Of a stretch of 64,000 bases of DNA, positions 11,351 through 24,013 are shown piece by piece. The first letter of the stretch is position 1. Each line of letters begins with the position of its first letter. Source of the DNA: Patescibacteria group bacterium UBA6164 (lineage in GTDB: Bacteria > Patescibacteriota > Gracilibacteria > BD1-5 > UBA6164); contig DIUG01000068.1 in NCBI GenBank assembly GCA_002422305.1, forward strand, positions 2,811 to 66,810, in the 5' to 3' direction. A program made the translations under genes and the position numbers. The notes below the pieces were generated by a model, which made no database searches, was not told the origin of the DNA, and worked only from the letters and a program-made list of their open reading frames with translations.

Positions 11351-13020
11351 AGTATTTCTTTAATAAATAAGGATATTTTAATATTTTTAATAAATACTTG
11401 ATTTTTTTCATCTTTATCCAATTCAATTCCATCAACTAATACTTTTAATTTTTTATTTATATTTATATCAGTATCTTTTAGTGTTTCATTAATATTTTTA
11501 AAAATACTTAAAAATATTTGTATTTGATTATTAACATGAGAGTTTAAATTATACAACTTATCATTTATGTCTTTTAAATAATCATTATAATAAGACATTT
11601 CTTTGTTTATAGTTTTTAATTCATCATTTTTATAATTTATATTTTTTAATGCATATTCATAATTATTGACTATTCTCTCATATACCATTTTATTTGCTTT
11701 GAGTGATTTTTCATTTTTTTTGTAAAACTTTTGTATTTTTTCAAGAGTAAGTTTTTTTAAAAAATCTATTTGCGCATCATTAAAAACTATTTGTTTTAAT
11801 GTTTTATTTTTTTCTAATAATTTATCTATTTTTAGTTGAGATATAAATATTCATTTTTCATCTTTGGTACTTCTTTTTTTAGTTCTGTATTGAATACTTC
11901 ATTTTTTTAAATATGCTTCTAATTCTATTATTTCTCCATCTTCATTAATCATATAAAGTAAATTAGAATATTTTCATATTATTTTTTCTTCTTTTTTATA
12001 TGTTCTTTTTTGCTTTTTTGCTAATTTAAATTTATAATCATCTATAATTTGAAGATCAGAAAAATAAAAACTAAAAGTAATAGTTCATCATACTTCATTG
12101 AGTCAATTTATATCAAAATCATCATCTTGTTTTTCTCATATATTAGCAATATAGTTTACTATTAATTCATCATTTATATTAAGTTCATTGGTAAATTTTC
12201 AATTATACTTAAAACTATATTTATTATCATAATTATTTTCTAATACTTCTCTAATCAGTCTTAATTCATTATTTAAAGGAGTATCATAATTATCATTTTT
12301 ATTTAAATTATCACTTTTATGACTTCTTATAATCTTTTTTTCTTTTTCATTTAATTTTTGCCAAATAATATCCCATTTTTTATCCTCATTTTTAACATAT
12401 TCTTCATTTTCTTGATTACTTATCTTCAAATAAATATCAAAAATTCTATTTATAACTAAAGCATGATTTTTATCTATTTCTATTTTTTGAGTATTATAAT
12501 TTTTAGTGTATCAAAAAATAAGTTTTCATCATAATCCTCATATATTTCATCTGATTAAGTTTTGAATTCTTGAAAGACTTTGTCTGTTTGATAGTTTTTC
12601 ACTTTCAAATATAGCAAAACTTGAAAGCATTCTAAAAAGGAGTCTTCAAGTAGGAGTATTTTCCAATGTTTCAGTTGCTGATAATATTTTATATCATTCA
12701 TTTAAAAGTTTTTCTCATCTGGTGAAGTCAACAGAGTTTCTTGCAAATCTATCGAGTTTAAAAACATAAACTCATCAATATTTTCTATTTTCTTTTTTTA
12801 ATTTTGAATCTTCTATAAGAATTCTGATCATTTTATCAAATTCAATTCTATTTTCTTTTTTACCACTTGCCATTTCTTCAACTATGATGGTTTTATGTCA
12901 ATTATTATCGGCCATTCCAAGAAGAATATTTTTTTGATCTTCTAAACTCATATCATATTCTCACACTTTTGACACCCTTGTATAGATGAAATAAATTTTT
13001 TCTTCTTGTGATTTTGTCAT
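11326..13020 (-). CDS. large serine recombinase (564 aa), second copy
   Basis: MTKSQEEKIYFIYTRVSK...QD...VYVFKLDRFARN. Overlaps the downstream recombinase start by 25 nt. Joins track ORFs 12199..12429 and 11347..11688. Confidence 0.85.
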
Positions 13021-13154
13021 ATTTTTTAATTTAGATTTTAATATTTCTATAATATATATTTTTTAAAAAAATAAACTAAAAAATTAAAAAGTTATATATC
13101 TATTGTCATTTTTAGAAATATAAATTATATATTATGATAATACAATTCTAAACA

Positions 13155-14054
13155 TTAACCATGATAGTATCAAAATGCTTTTGTAATATATTCAACTCTA
13201 TTTATATTTTCAGATCCATGAAAATGAGTATGTCAGTATACAGCATATATCACTCAATATTTTTCATAAATTTTTGATAAATTATTATTGATATAAAAAG
13301 CATTTCAATAGATAGAATCAAGGTTATATAATTTTAATCATTTTGCTCAATCTTTTACTATTTCTTACCATTTTTCTGGGGAATAATCAAAGTAATATGG
13401 AGATTCTTTTTCAAGTTCATTGCTTGGTTTTATGTGTGAGATAGCAATAATCTCATAATTATTATAATACTTTTTTATGTTTCTAAGTCTCTCTACTAAT
13501 TTATCCTCTAAATATTTTGCAAAATCTATATTTCATTTTATTTTTTCATTGAATTTTATATATCTCCTATCATTAAAGATAGTACTTCAAAAAGACATCT
13601 TATCAAAATTTACATGATAATATTTTTCTAAATAAAATTTATCAACACTTCTTATTGTATAGTTATACCATCCCATATTTCATGTAATGATTTGTTTGTT
13701 TTCTTCAATAACAAAATCTTCTTTATCAATGATATGAATTTTATCTTTATATCCATGAAAATGGTTAATTAAAAACTCGTACTTCGATATTGAATCATTT
13801 ATATTAAAATCTTCATCAGATACATTAAACCGCAAATCATGATTTCCAAAAGTAACTATAATTTTCTTATAATTTGCATTATTTATTATATCATCAAAAG
13901 ATTTTTGTATTGTTGTTATTTCTTCATCAATGTCTCATGCAATGATTAAATAATTTCATGTTTGAAATAATACTCAATTGCTTCAAAAAATTGTTTTAAA
14001 GTTTTTATAGATGAAGTATGAATGAATATCTGAAGTTATATCTATATTTTTCAT
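13155..14054 (-). pseudogene. calcineurin-like metallophosphoesterase interrupted by an in-frame TAA
   Basis: Motifs DIH, GD, GNHD lie upstream of TAA 13365-13367. The final motif VYGHTHFHGS follows in the same frame, and the frame ends at TAA 13155-13157. Confidence 0.6.
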
Positions 14055-14063
14055 ATTTTGATA

Positions 14064-14097
14064 ATTAAAAAATAATGATTAGATATTAATCATTATT
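14064..14097 (-). terminator. rho-independent terminator
   Basis: Stem aataatgatt/aatcattatt followed by a U-run on the minus strand. Confidence 0.55.
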
Positions 14098-14161
14098 TTA
14101 GGAAAGCCCAGAGAATTTTTAAATCTCTATAAGTCAATTTTTGTTTTTTTTCAATCAATAC

Positions 14162-15046
14162 TTACATAATATAATTTAAAATATTTTTTAATATATTTTT
14201 CACACAATTCAATATTAAGTTTACGTTGACCAGTAACAACGATCATATTATAAAAAATGTAAATAAAATGACTATATCTCATATTTTAATTGAATATAAA
14301 ATATTTATGTTAGTAAAGAAAATATATATTATTCATAGTAAAATAACTAAAGTATAAACAAAAGCAGGAATACTTAATATTCTATGTTTTGTTTTTTTTC
14401 ATTCTTTGTATAAAATATATTTATATTTATTAATATCAATCCCCGTTAGAATTTTTGAAATAAATTTCATGACCATATGAAATATGAATAAATAAAGCAT
14501 TAATCAAAGTGAGAAATTATTATCTGATATACTATTAATATTTAAATATCATAAAATTTTAATTATAATATCTCATGGTAATTTATCAATTAATAATCAA
14601 AAAATAAATGCTATTATTATTATAAAAAATAATAATAGAGGAAAAGTAAATTGTAAATTTCATTGATTATCAACATCAAAGTCTTTATCATTAAGTCAAT
14701 AAAGCATATATCAGATAAAAATTAATTCACTTATAATTGGAAGTATATAATAGGAAAGACGTAATTGCTCTAATTGAAAATCTATTATTAAATTAGGAAA
14801 ATTTAATAATATTAAATATAACAAAATATATGATAATAAAAAAGGTAGGCTATAAAATAAAGGTTCAACTTTTCTAGATTTTATATCTTTAAGTTTTTCT
14901 ATTTCTTCTTTTAAAAGTTTTTCTTTATTATCATATTTTGTTAAAAATTTACTTGCTAAAATTTGTGATATTATTCAAAATTTATATGAGAATACTATTA
15001 TGGTATATGCAATTCAAACAAGTAACAATACTATTTTATAGTCCAT
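14162..15046 (-). CDS. multi-pass membrane protein (294 aa)
   Basis: ATG at 15046 to TAA 14162-14164. Hydrophobic throughout. Confidence 0.55.
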
Positions 15047-15075
15047 AAAATTTTATTAATAAATAAGTTTTTTAT

Positions 15076-17115
15076 TTAATTTATATTAATTCATAATTTA
15101 TCAAAAAATACTTTGTTTCTTTGTTCAGAATTTTTATAAACAAAATCAAATGATAAAACAGAATAATAGACATTTAAATTTTTATGATATCAGTAATAAC
15201 TTTCATTTTCTTCCAATTTAATAGCATCTAATAATTCTATTGATTCTCTTACTTTTTGAGTTATATCTCAAATAAAATATCAATAAATAGGTGTTTCTTT
15301 TACAACATTTATAGGTCTACCATCTACAGTTATATCATTATTTTCTCTTAATCTTTTTACATATCATAAAATTTGCTTTAAAGGATCATCTGAGTAATTT
15401 TTTCTTCAAGGTCTTTTAAATTCAACTATATAAATTGGAGAATATTTATCTTTTCAATCTCTAAATATCAAAATATCTGGTTCAGTTTTTTTTCAATCTT
15501 CTGCAATAATTGCTTTATCAGAAGTAATATAATCAGAAAATACTAAATTTTCATCAATCAACCATAAATTATGATTATCATAATCAAGATTGGTATTTTT
15601 TTTTCACATTGGAAAAATTAAATTATGTATTTTTTCTTCCTTTAGATATTTATTTTCTGAATTAAAACTAATAAATCTTTGATACAAATCTAATATTACT
15701 TTTCTTAGACTAATATAATGAACAAGTTCACTTTTATTTAAGTCTAAAAGTTCTTTTTCAATATCTATAACTTTCTGGTCTATATCTTCTCAATATTCTC
15801 AGTTTAATATTTTTCTAACTACAGATCTTGCTTTTCATTCTTTAGTAAATCTTAATTTCTCAAAGTAAATATCTACATCCTCATCACTTGGTTTATAAGG
15901 TAATTTATCAATATTTTCTTCTTTAATTCATTCACTTAATAAAGTTTTATGCCAAGGAAAATTATTATTAACAATATATTCAACACTTTCTATTTTTTTA
16001 AATTTTCTTTCTTTTAATTTTTCTGGAAAATATTTTTTAACTAGTTCAATTATTTCTTTTTCAACATCTTCCTTTCAAATTGATATAATAGATTTATCTT
16101 GATTAATTATTGGGAAAAAATTAAATCAAGTTCTTTCAGTGTTAACTGATTCATCTAAATATTTTCACTTTACATATATTTTTATAACAAAATTTTCTTT
16201 TTTAATTCAATCTGAAGATTTTTTTTCAAATTCATCATAAAACTCTTCTTTAAATTCAGGAATATATGTTTCTAGTGAAGTTGTAGGTCAAACAACTCTA
16301 TTGTGAGCAATTAAATTTATAGAACTTTTTTGATTTTCAGGATAATAAAATTTAAAAACATATACTTCAAAATTATTATCAATACAAATTAAAGTTGTTT
16401 TTTCATATCAAATTTTTTCAATTTTTGTATCAGTTCACTTAATATATTCATTCAATATAATACTATCTTCTTTTCAATTTCATATAATAGATATTTTTAT
16501 TATTGGACAATTATCATCTTCAATCAAAAATCATAGTAAATGTTCTGAAATTTTTCTAGCAAGTGTTAAAGTTTTTGTATTTAAAGTATTAATAAAATTA
16601 TCATTTGGGTATTGAAGAGTAATCTTTGTGTTATATTTACTTTTTCACAATAAATATTCATTATCATTTACTGATGAAATTCATTTACTAGCAAACTCAA
16701 ATTCTCTATTTCTAAAAGTATCTCAAACTTTATATATACTATCAATTTTTACTGATTTAAAATATTTAAGATAAGTTATTCTTCAGAATCATTTACCTCA
16801 TATTTCAATTTTTTTAGAAGAATGTAACTCATTAAAAGAAAGAAAGTTTTCATCTATAAATCAAATACCATTATCTATAATTTCAATATTATCTATTTTT
16901 GAATTTTCTTTATCATCTAATAAATTATCGATTTTATTGATTTTTACATGTATTTCTCATTTTTTAAAATTTAGATCAACCTTTTTTCTTTCACTAATAG
17001 AATCAATTCCATTTACAATTCATTCAATAATTGGAGTAAGTATATTTACTCCTTTATGAGGAAGAGTTTTTATAACTCTTTCTAGATCAACAGTCATTTT
17101 TTGAATTTCTGACAT
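15076..17115 (-). CDS. GHKL/HATPase_c_3-like ATPase with C-terminal PD-(D/E)xK nuclease-like motif (679 aa)
   Basis: N-terminal IVNGIDS...DNGIGF...GGKGFGR (Bergerat-fold motifs). C-terminal EPDILIFRD...IYIVEFKRP (D...ExK). Confidence 0.6.
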
Positions 17116-17201
17116 AATATTTCTTTAATAAATTAGAATTAAGTTTTATTTAATAAAATATATCTTTATATTAATTCATAATATAATTCATGATATTTAA
17201 A

Positions 17202-18395
17202 TTAATAACTTAAATTATATATTTTATCAACTTCTACAATTATTTCTGAAAAAGTTAATTCCTCAGAGATTGAAGATTGTAATCATGTATTTAAAACATT
17301 AACAAAATCCTCTTTTGAATAATAACTTTCAGCTTTTGCTAAAGATTTTTCTATACTTTCAGCTTTTGCGATAATTAATAATAGTTGATAATCTCTACAA
17401 ATAACTTGGGTATTATTATTAGGATGTGCTTTTGATAGATGTTGAGTAGGAGTTAAAAGTATTAAGTTTTCAGCAAAATAAGATATTTCTGGAAATTCTG
17501 ATGCCATAAATATATGATGTACCTGGGTAGCTGTTCAATTTGAAAATTCATCTTGTAATTCTGAATTTGGTTGATAAAGTCTTCTAATTAGCTTCTTAGA
17601 CTTATTCATTTTATAGTTATATAAAGCCAATCATTTAAATTCATCTTTTCATAATTTACTAATATGTTCTTCTCTAGTATCTGATTTAATTTTTCAGATA
17701 TCTCTCCAATTTGGCCTGTTATATAATAATTCATCTAATGTTATAGGAATCTTTGATATATGTCATTTAATAGTTCAATATTTTCAATATTTAAAAGCTA
17801 AAGGATTTAAAACTTTTGTAAAAATTCTTCAAGCTTCAACTTTTCAATTTATGTTTGTATTTTCAATAATAAAACTAATATATCCATTTCTTAAATATCA
17901 ATAAGATGATTTATCTTGTTTTACAAAAAAATTACTAAAGAATTCAAATATATCACTATCATTTAGAAGTTTTTCTAAATAAATTTGAATAAAATTAAGA
18001 GCATTTCTTTCTTTAATTGAAATATATTCTAGAATTTTATAATTATTTATTTGGTAGAAATTTCTATTAGATTTTTTTTCCAATTTTAAAATTCATGAAT
18101 ATGCTAGCATTCTTAATGGTTGAGAAAAAAATTTATCATATTCATTTTCAGCATTTATATTATCAACACTTGGTTTTCTAAATATATCCATAACATTTTT
18201 ATTAGTATATTCAAAATTCCATATATCATTAGCCGTAAATATTTTATTATTATCATCAGAAATAAATTCAATTACACAATCTGCAATTATACATAATACA
18301 TCTGGTGTAACTTTTTGATCCATAAAACGAGCATCATTTGTTTTTCTGATATCAAAATCATAATTATTAAAATGGTCTAATATTAAATCATTCAT
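17202..18395 (-). CDS. putative restriction endonuclease with HNH-like motif (397 aa)
   Basis: Starts 12 nt downstream of the methyltransferase. Has TQVHHIF...LLTPTQHLSKAHPNN. Joins track ORFs 18093..18395, 17898..18083 and 17283..17507. Confidence 0.55.
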
Positions 18396-18406
18396 AAAAA
18401 TAAAAA

Positions 18407-20860
18407 TTATAAAGGTAATCCAAAGAAATAAACTGAATTGGTATCAATATTTAAAGATCTAGTTCAAAAATTTCTTGCTATTTTGTAAAAATTTGTAAAT
18501 TCTTCACTTGAAAAATATTTAATCTTTTCTAAATTAATTTCTTTCTTTGGTATTAATATTGCTAATGAACCATCTGTAATTGTTCATTTAGGCATTATTC
18601 AAGCTCTAGGATAATATGATAAATTTGGAACAATAATAGTATTCTCTTTATTAAAAAATTTATTAATTTGTAAACTAGAGATATCATCAATAAATATATC
18701 TTCCTTTGTGTCAATAATTTTTCAATTTTTACTCAAATTTCTAGATTTAATTACTCTAATTTTTCCATTTATTGAACAATTCTTCTTTGTTATTTGCCTA
18801 TCTCTAAAAACATCAAAGATTCAGAAATGAAGTTTATTAGTAATCTCATCAAAAAAACTATTTCTATATAATAACCAATATGGAAAATTTGTATTTAAAA
18901 TATAATCTTTAATTTCATATTTATAAGAATTATTAATAAAAGACTCTATTAATACCAAATCACTTTCTTTTGATTTATCTTGTGAAAATTCTATATTAAT
19001 AGTCTCTATTTTTACTCATTCAAATCAACTTTCTCAAAAATCAATAATCTTATGAATTTTATTTTTTGATAAATCTACTCTTATATCATTATACTCAGGA
19101 GAAGATATAAATGATTTAGGAATTATTAGTGAAATATGTTTTCAAATTTCAAGGCTTTTTAATAAAAAATAAACAAAAATATTTGTAGTTTTAATATCAT
19201 AAGCTTTATAATTTAAATCTCATTTTTTTAATTTTTTAAATGGTGGATTTCATAAAATTAAATCATACTTTTTATCAGTATTATATTCTAAGTAGTTTAT
19301 ATTAATAAAATTAATTTTTATATTCTTAGGTAGATTTAGACATGTATCTAATAAAATTTTTAATTTATCTAAAGCATTATTATCAATATCAATAACATCA
19401 ATATTAACATTTTTAATATTTTTATATTTTTCTATAATTAAAGGAATAAAATTTCAAGATCATACTGATGGTTCAAGTATACTTAGTGAATCTTTTTTAG
19501 AAAAATCAGGCAAATCCTTTATAATACTAAATATGATATCTTTACGAGTATAGAATGCTGCAGTTTCATCTTTTGATAAATTACTTAATTCAATAATTTT
19601 AGACAAATTTGAAAATCATAAATCTTTGTGATTTTTTATATAACTTGTAAGATTTTTTTTATCAAATAAATTATTTTCTTTAATTATATTTAAAATTTCT
19701 TGTTTTGATAAATATTGAAAACTTTCTTGTATTCTTATATTTTTAGCTATTTTTTTAAAAACTAATGTAGGAACTGATTCTCATATAACATGTCTAATAT
19801 TCAACTCTTCTTTTTTTAATATTTTTTTCTTTTCTGCTAATGGTAACTTATTTAATTCTTTTAGAGGAGTATTAAACCATTCAAAAGTATTTGGAATTCA
19901 CATTAAATCCATAAGTTCTCTTATACTAAAAACTCTATCATCCTTTGGATGAATAGTATTTTGGCTTGAAAGAATATCATTTCTAGTATGTATACAAGGT
20001 CATATTTTATTCCAATACTGTCTTTTGTATTTATCTCAATTTTTGTTTTGATTTATTATAATTTTTCAATCAACAATTTTATGAGGTTTAAAATTTATAT
20101 CATCATTATCAAATGCACTTTCTCATTCTTTTAATTTTTTTATCCAATCTCTCATTTTAATAGAATATTCTCTAAAAGAGTGTAATAAATCTTTCTCATC
20201 TATTTCTCAAAAAGTACTCAAAGATTTATAATGTCATATACTTTCTTTAAGGGTAATTTCTTTTTTAATTTCATCAGGAAATAAATCATAAGGTGTAACA
20301 TTTTTTATATCTTTTCTTACTCAAATAACTAATGTTCTAGTTCTACTTGATGGAACTCAATAATCTTTAAAATTTATAATTCTACTTCATATATTATATT
20401 CTCATGCTAAATTATTACTGATAGAACTACTAATAGTTTTATCAATTCAATCTGTATCAGTACATAATGTTCATAAAAAAGCCCTAACATTTTCTAAAAC
20501 AAAATATTTAGGTTTGATTTTTGATATAATTTTTAATGATTCAACTACTAAAGAGTTTCTAGATCATTCATTTATTTTTTTATGATTTGCAACTGACATT
20601 CATTGACATGGTGGTGTTGCTACTATAACATCAATATTATGTCATTCTGCTTGTTTAAAAATCTTAGTTTGAACGTCTATATTTCTTATATCTCATAGAA
20701 TATATCCATTTTTATTTTTACACTTATTATTAAATTTTTGAATTTCTAGTCTTTTTTCTAATAATTCATTTGTAGCTATACAATCAAATCACTCATCCTT
20801 AAATCCATAACATCAAACTCATCATCAACTAAAAAGAGAAATATATTTATTTTTTTTCAT
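18407..20860 (-). CDS. fused DNA methyltransferase: N-terminal C5-cytosine MTase + C-terminal N6-adenine (Eco57I-like) MTase (817 aa)
   Basis: C5 motifs FSGGGVG, ATPPCQGMS, ENV. N6 motifs ILEPSVGSGNF and ILGNPPF. Frame verified at both motif sets. Confidence 0.8.
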
Positions 20861-20935
20861 AATGTTATTTAACATAAAGTAAAAGTTAGGAATACTATAT
20901 AAAAAAAATAAAAATTATCAAGGAATATTTATATA

Positions 20936-21760
20936 TTAAACATCTCTATGAAATAAATTATCTATTTCAATATCATTATTAATAGAAACTATATTAATAT
21001 CATTTTTATTACTTGTAAATCTTTCTTTATCATAATATCAATTGCCTTTAATATAATCATCAATAATTCATTTAATATTAATATTAGAAGAAGAAAATAT
21101 TTCATATGTATCAAAATCTTTTTTATCAATAATATTAAAAGTAAATTCACTAATATAGTCATCTATCATATTTTCTATTTCATGAATAATATCAGATTCA
21201 TCATAATAAAATTCAACTTCTCAATCTTCATAACGTTTTATTGTTACAAACTTTTCTAAATTAACTTCATGATACTCATCTTGAATTTTATCTATTAAAT
21301 AATATTCAATATTTTCTTTAAAATAATATAACAAATCTTGACTATGTATTATATAAAATAGATTTGATAATTTTTCTAAGAAATTTCATACAATATTTAT
21401 ATCATCTATATTTAATTCAAGTTGTTTTCACACAATATAAATATCTAAAAATAAAGAAGATTTTATATTTAACTTATCAACATACTTATCAATTAATTTT
21501 ATAATATCAATAAAGGTGTTTTGAAAAATATCTTCTTCTTCAGTATTTTTAATAAAATCCTGTAATTTATTGATAATACTTTCTTCATTAATAGATTCTT
21601 CTGAAAATAATTTAAATATATAATATAAATAATCTAAATTAGTATTATCATCAAAATTATCAATTATTGAACTTAATATAGCATGATAAACTCCTTTTTC
21701 TATATACAATTTTTTTTCTGATTTATCTAATCCAGACTTATAAATCGAATATAAGTTTTT
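20936..21760 (-). pseudogene. C-terminal continuation of the Mrr/NTPase gene in another frame
   Basis: The frame is open from 21760 to TAA 20936-20938 with no plausible start. The frame switch coincides with the A7 homopolymer at about 21758-21764. Contains track ORF 21428..21709. Confidence 0.55.
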
Positions 21761-23297
21761 TTATTGAAATATAAGTATCTAAATTTTTATATATACTTAT
21801 TAATTCATTTTGATTATTTATATATTCATTAATTACAAAATCTGATATTGATGGATTGAATAATGTGTAACTAACTTCTAAATTTTTAGGATTAATATTT
21901 CTATTTAAAAATGATTTTACAGCAACTTTGATTACAAAATTAAAATCTTTTGATTTATGAGTTGGTGAAATAATAGAATCTTTTATCTTATTATAAGAAT
22001 GTAATAGATCTTTTTCAATTATATATCATCCATTAAATACAACTAATTTTATTAATAGTCTAATATATTCATTAGATTGATTATAAAATGAATCTCTCCA
22101 TATATCCTTAGGATTATCTAATTTATCAATTAAAAAATTAAAATATTTATTAGCTTCTACATTAATTCTATCTTTTGTTGTGATAAATTCTATTAATCTT
22201 GGATTAAAACTTTTGTGTTTTATTATTTTTAAATAATTTTTATTTTTATAAATTTCATCAATATATTCATTATCTAAATCTGAATTGTATATATGTTTAT
22301 ATAATATTTGGGCTTTTTCATAATCACTAAAAGATTTTATTTCTAATGTAAACTCATTATTTTGGATTTTTGATTTTCAAAATATAGTACTATAATTTAA
22401 TCAATAATTAAGAATATTACTTCTTGAATTTAAGATAAATTTTTTCTTTCAAGTAGTATTTTTTTTAACTCTATTTATAAAACTTATAATATGACTATCT
22501 TGGTTATTATTTATTGCTTCAAAATAATTACTTCAAAGAAAGTCATCAAAATAAAATAATTGTTTTTCTTCTTTATTCCATACATTTTCTGCTTCAATTA
22601 TTCAGTCTTGAATTTCATAAAATTTATAATCATGTAAAGCAACTAATTTTAAGCATAAATTTTCTGATAGTGTTGTCTTTCAAATTCAAGGATCTCATGT
22701 TATTATTAATACATTTTCATCTTCAAGTTTTTTTAATGCATCATTAAAACTTGAAATTTCAATAAAAAATTTACTTTTTTCTATAATTTGTTCAAATTGA
22801 AATTCACTTCTTCAAATAATAGCATTATTTAAAATGTTTTGAAGTACATTTGTGCTTGTTATCCATAATCTGTAATATTTTCTTTCTATATCATTATTTT
22901 TAGAAAGTTCTGAATTTAAATTTTCATTTCAAAAAATATCATCAGTAGTTTCAATATATGGACTAAAAATAGATTTTATCTCTTTTTTATTTTCATCTGA
23001 TAATAGTAAATCAGTAACAAATATATATTTATCTAACTCTCAATTTAAAGATAAATTTTTAACCTTTTCAACTTCATATTTTTTCAATTTTCTAATTAGT
23101 CAATCATATCAAGTTTTTAAATATTGTTTTGTTTGAATTATTGCAGTTTTATTATTATCATAAAAAAACTTTCAATCAATTCATTTATCTTTTCATGATT
23201 TAAATCTATCAATTTTTGTATTATAAACTTTTTCTAATAAGTCATTTACAAAAATTTCAAATTCTTTATCATCCAATTGTGAAAAATCATAAGCCAT
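21738..23297 (-). CDS. Mrr-like restriction-endonuclease domain + P-loop NTPase, N-terminal 519 codons of a frameshifted gene
   Basis: DDKEFEIFVNDLL...GKDKGIDGKFF (Mrr_cat-like), Walker A ITGDPGIGKTT, Walker B LFYFDDFLG. Ends at TAA 21738-21740 just after an A7 run. Confidence 0.7.
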
Positions 23298-23317
23298 AAT
23301 TCTATCTTACTTAAAAA

Positions 23318-23914
23318 CTAAAATTTTCTCACTAATCCTTTCACAACTCAAATGATATTTATTTGATTTGCTTCAATTATTTTTGTCTTATATTTGTTAT
23401 AATTTTGAAACTCTAAAATTGCCTTTCAAGTCTTATCTTTTGAATATCTTTTTAGAGTAAATTCATTATCTCAATCAATAGTTGCTATTACTAAATCTCA
23501 AATATGAGGATATCTATTATTTAAATCAACAGAAACTATATCTCACTCAAATATTCAAACATCTATCATACTATCTCATTTTACCTCAACAAGAACAACT
23601 CAAGTAGGATTTCAACCTAAAATATATTTATTCAAGTCAATATAGTTAACAATATTAGACTCTATTTCATCAGCAACTCAACAAGTTATATTTCCATAAA
23701 GTCCTGCTCAAGATAATTTTTCAGTAGGAAAGTATTTTTTGTCTTCTTTTGTTAAATATCATTCTTCTACTAATTTTGTAAAAAATCTCGCAATACTATC
23801 TCTTGATGAAATTTTTAATAAATCTATCAAAATATCAAAAGTTGGAATAATTCATTTATCCCAATAATATGATCTCAATTTAGATAAATATAAATCAAAA
23901 TTGCTTTTTCTCAT
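23318..23914 (-). CDS. LexA-like repressor (wHTH + S24 peptidase)
   Basis: C-terminal EVKGDSMIDVGIFEGDIVSV...GDLVIATIDGDNEFTLKRY...IIGVVKGLVRKF (Ser/Lys dyad context). Lies 21 nt upstream of the Mrr/NTPase gene. Confidence 0.75.
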
Positions 23915-23927
23915 AAAAAATATATTA

Positions 23928-23973
23928 TTACTAAAAATATAACTAACATTACTATTTATACCTATTTTAGTAA
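23928..23973. promoter_or_regulatory. candidate operator in divergent promoter region
   Basis: 9-bp inverted arms ttactaaaa (23928-23936) and ttttagtaa (23965-23973), between the lexA-like start and the DUF2779 gene start. Confidence 0.25.
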
Positions 23974-24013
23974 AATAAATATTTTTTGCAAATAATTATT
24001 AATCATTCAAAAT

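Noticed and set aside
14127-14282. 51-codon minus-strand ORF (MRYSHFIYIF...)
   Set aside because: It is fully overlapped, in another frame, by the 294-codon membrane-protein gene 14162..15046, which is the better model.
22514-22747. Plus-strand track ORF (77 aa)
   Set aside because: It is antisense to the Mrr/P-loop NTPase gene.
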